A stretch of 20,000 nucleotides of DNA, taken from Savitreella phatthalungensis (taxonomy: Eukaryota). The stretch lies in assembly GCA_051599415.1 (NCBI GenBank), contig AP039709.1:236206-256205 (forward strand), written 5' to 3'. Positions within the stretch are counted from its first letter, which is position 1, and every line of letters starts with the position of its first letter. Below the pieces are notes generated by a model. It worked only from the letters and a program-made list of their open reading frames with translations, had not been told where the DNA came from and ran no database searches. The position numbers and the translations under genes are program-made. Below are positions 18,255 through 20,000 of the stretch, in pieces.

Positions 18255-18350
18255 AAACCAAACTGCAAAACCAAACTGCACACACAACAAATTTGGACCT
18301 GACTGCATCCCAAACTGCAATCCAAACTGCAGCGCTCAACAAATTTGTAG
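18255..18350 (+). repeat. Short degenerate CCAAACTGCA repeats
   Basis: Four CCAAACTGCA copies, one CCTGACTGCA variant, and two CAACAAATTTG copies. Confidence 0.75.
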
Positions 18351-18360
18351 CATACCCATG

Positions 18361-18389
18361 GCAGCAGTAGCGGAGGCAGCAGTAGTAGT

Positions 18390-18425
<36 letters not shown>

Positions 18426-18560
18426 GGTGGTGGTGAAAAGAGCAGCAGCAGTTGCAGCAGTAGGAGGAGCAGTAGTAGATGCAGCAGTAGCTGTAGTAGT
18501 GGCAGCACTAGAATGGGTGAAGGTGATTGGAGAAGTAGCAAGTGTGGTAGTAGCAGCGGC
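18361..18560 (+). repeat. (GCA)n/(GTA)n/(GGA)n imperfect trinucleotide tract
   Basis: Pure GCA run at about 18391-18423 within a mixed GCA/GTA/GTG/GGA region. Confidence 0.9.
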
Positions 18561-19279
18561 CGGCACAGTTGCTTAAAGACAGATTAGACAGTAGAATGAT
18601 GCATGCAAACAGCACAAACAAGCGCAGTCACAGCAGGGTAGACAGTGTACAATGCATGACAGGGTATAGTACATGGGGCAGTGCACAAACCAGGCTATAG
18701 GAGCAAGCGGGAATGAATTGGAGTCAGTTGTGGAGGAAGGACACAGCACGGCGCAAGCGGTGGATTTGACAAGCAACAGTGGAGGAAACAATGCATGCCA
18801 TATGACAATGAAGTCAATTGCCATCAATTGATGTTGCACAACAGGCGCCAGTGCCAATTACAATCCAAGGAATGAGGATGCAGGCAACAGAGTAGGTTCA
18901 GGGCCAAGCAGTTGATGTTCATTACAAGCAGAGACAAAGTCAGTGGCAGGGCCAGGTGACAAATGACAGTGACAAGTGACAGTGCAGGAATGACACATCA
19001 AGTGACAGTGCAGTTTGAACAGATGACAGCATTCAGCCAATGGCAGTGCAGTAATGAAACAAGGTACAGTGCGGGCAACAAGTGTGTGATACATAACAGG
19101 GGTTGACAGGTCAGCAGCAATTGGCCAATCCAGGGTTTGACAAATGCCAGGCCACAGAGCAGGGCAATGAGGCAAGGAGTAGCGCAGGTGACGGTATTTG
19201 AGAGATGATGACATAAGTGACAGTGCAGATAAGACCAGGTGACAAGATGATGGTGCAGGCAACAGCACATGGCAGACAA

Positions 19280-19570
19280 CGGTGCAGATAACAGCATTTG
19301 AAGGAGACCAGGCAGGTAACAACATTTGACAGAGACAGGGCAGCAACAGCATTTGACGGGATGACAGGGCAGGTAATGGGATTGATGAGTGGATTTGACA
19401 GTTGACAGGCGTTTTGGCAGGTAATGGCATTTGCCAGGCGGCAGGGCGGGTAACAGTGTTTGACAAGTGGCAGTGCGGGTAACGGCATTTGACAGGTGGC
19501 AGTTCAGGTAGCAGGATTTAGCAGGTGACATGCTGGTAACAGCATTTAGCAGGTGACGGTGCAGTTGCAG
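19280..19570 (+). repeat. Degenerate ~29-bp subtelomeric minisatellite
   Basis: Consecutive units ggcagggcgggtaacagtgtttgacaagt / ggcagtgcgggtaacggcatttgacaggt / ggcagttcaggtagcaggatttagcaggt / gacatgctggtaacagcatttagcaggt, with similar (t/c)aacagcatttga cores upstream. Confidence 0.75.
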
Positions 19571-19801
19571 ATATAACAGATGGGGAGGCAATTAACAATA
19601 AGAATGTGGAGTGATTTTGCATGGGGTGTGTTGGGTAAATGGAGAAGAATGTCAAATAGATGAGGGTGATAGAAGTGAGTAGGATGAGCAGTGTATGGGT
19701 CAAGGAGAGTGAAGTGACATGGAGTGACAAAGTAAGCAACAGCAGCAGGAGTGAGAGCAGGAGCACAGCAGGGAGTGAAGCAGCAAAGGGGCAGCCAGGG
19801 G

Positions 19802-19937
19802 TTAGGGTTAGGGTTAGGGTTAGGGTTAGGGTTAGGGTTAGGGTTAGGGTTAGGGTTAGGGTTAGGGTTAGGGTTAGGGTTAGGGTTAGGGTTAGGGTTA
19901 GGGTTAGGGTTAGGGTTAGGGTTAGGGTTAGTTAGGG
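19802..19937 (+). repeat. Telomere, (TTAGGG)n
   Basis: 21 perfect TTAGGG copies (19802-19927), then TTAG and TTAGGG. The G-rich strand runs toward the 3' end, as expected for a right chromosome end. Confidence 0.97.
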
Positions 19938-19991
19938 TTCTCGCAAAGGCAGAAAGTAGTCTTAACCTTAGCAATACGTAACTGAACGAAG
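19938..19991 (-). other. Oxford Nanopore native barcode (barcode 06) plus flank plus ligation adapter; technical artefact
   Basis: TTCTCGCAAAGGCAGAAAGTAGTC (19938-19961) matches barcode 06 as recalled. TTAACCTT is the reverse complement of flank AAGGTTAA. AGCAATACGTAACTGAACGAAG is the reverse complement of the adapter CTTCGTTCAGTTACGTATTGCT. Confidence 0.95.
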
Positions 19992-20000
19992 GGTTAGGCA

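Noticed and set aside
19280..19570. CRISPR-like array
   Set aside because: Eukaryotic context; units are degenerate and contiguous with no unique spacers, and there are no cas genes.
18088..19766. Poly-Ala/Val, poly-Leu, Thr/Ala-rich and Cys/His-rich ORFs
   Set aside because: Products of trinucleotide and minisatellite sequence and CpG decay, open in several frames at once.
19546..19981. ORFs encoding (NP)n, (VR)n and (LG)n
   Set aside because: Translations of the telomere repeat running into adapter sequence.
19802..20000. Interstitial telomere or telomere-targeting retroelement junction
   Set aside because: The distal non-telomeric sequence is a sequencing barcode and adapter.

Overview
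Right-hand end of a very compact, almost intron-free fungal chromosome; protein style suggests an early-diverging ascomycete such as Taphrinomycotina (inference only). Bases 1-16.8 kb hold tightly packed genes: a partial MFS transporter, a degenerate Zn-cluster-type regulator, GET2-like, DIC1, COX11, a divergent SWIRM protein, TRL1, an A-T-R NRPS-like reductase, a short-form tRNase Z, RPB3 and a frameshifted SNF2 ATPase. From about 17.03 kb the sequence switches abruptly to a CpG-depleted subtelomere with a decayed ORF and simple or minisatellite repeats, then 21 perfect TTAGGG copies. The last ~60 nt are an untrimmed Oxford Nanopore native barcode plus adapter. Most notable: a 122-bp inverted duplication covering the start of the SWIRM gene, a short ELAC1-type tRNase Z one gene away from TRL1, a candidate 30-nt intron in COX11, and CpG-targeted C-to-T erosion confined to the subtelomere.
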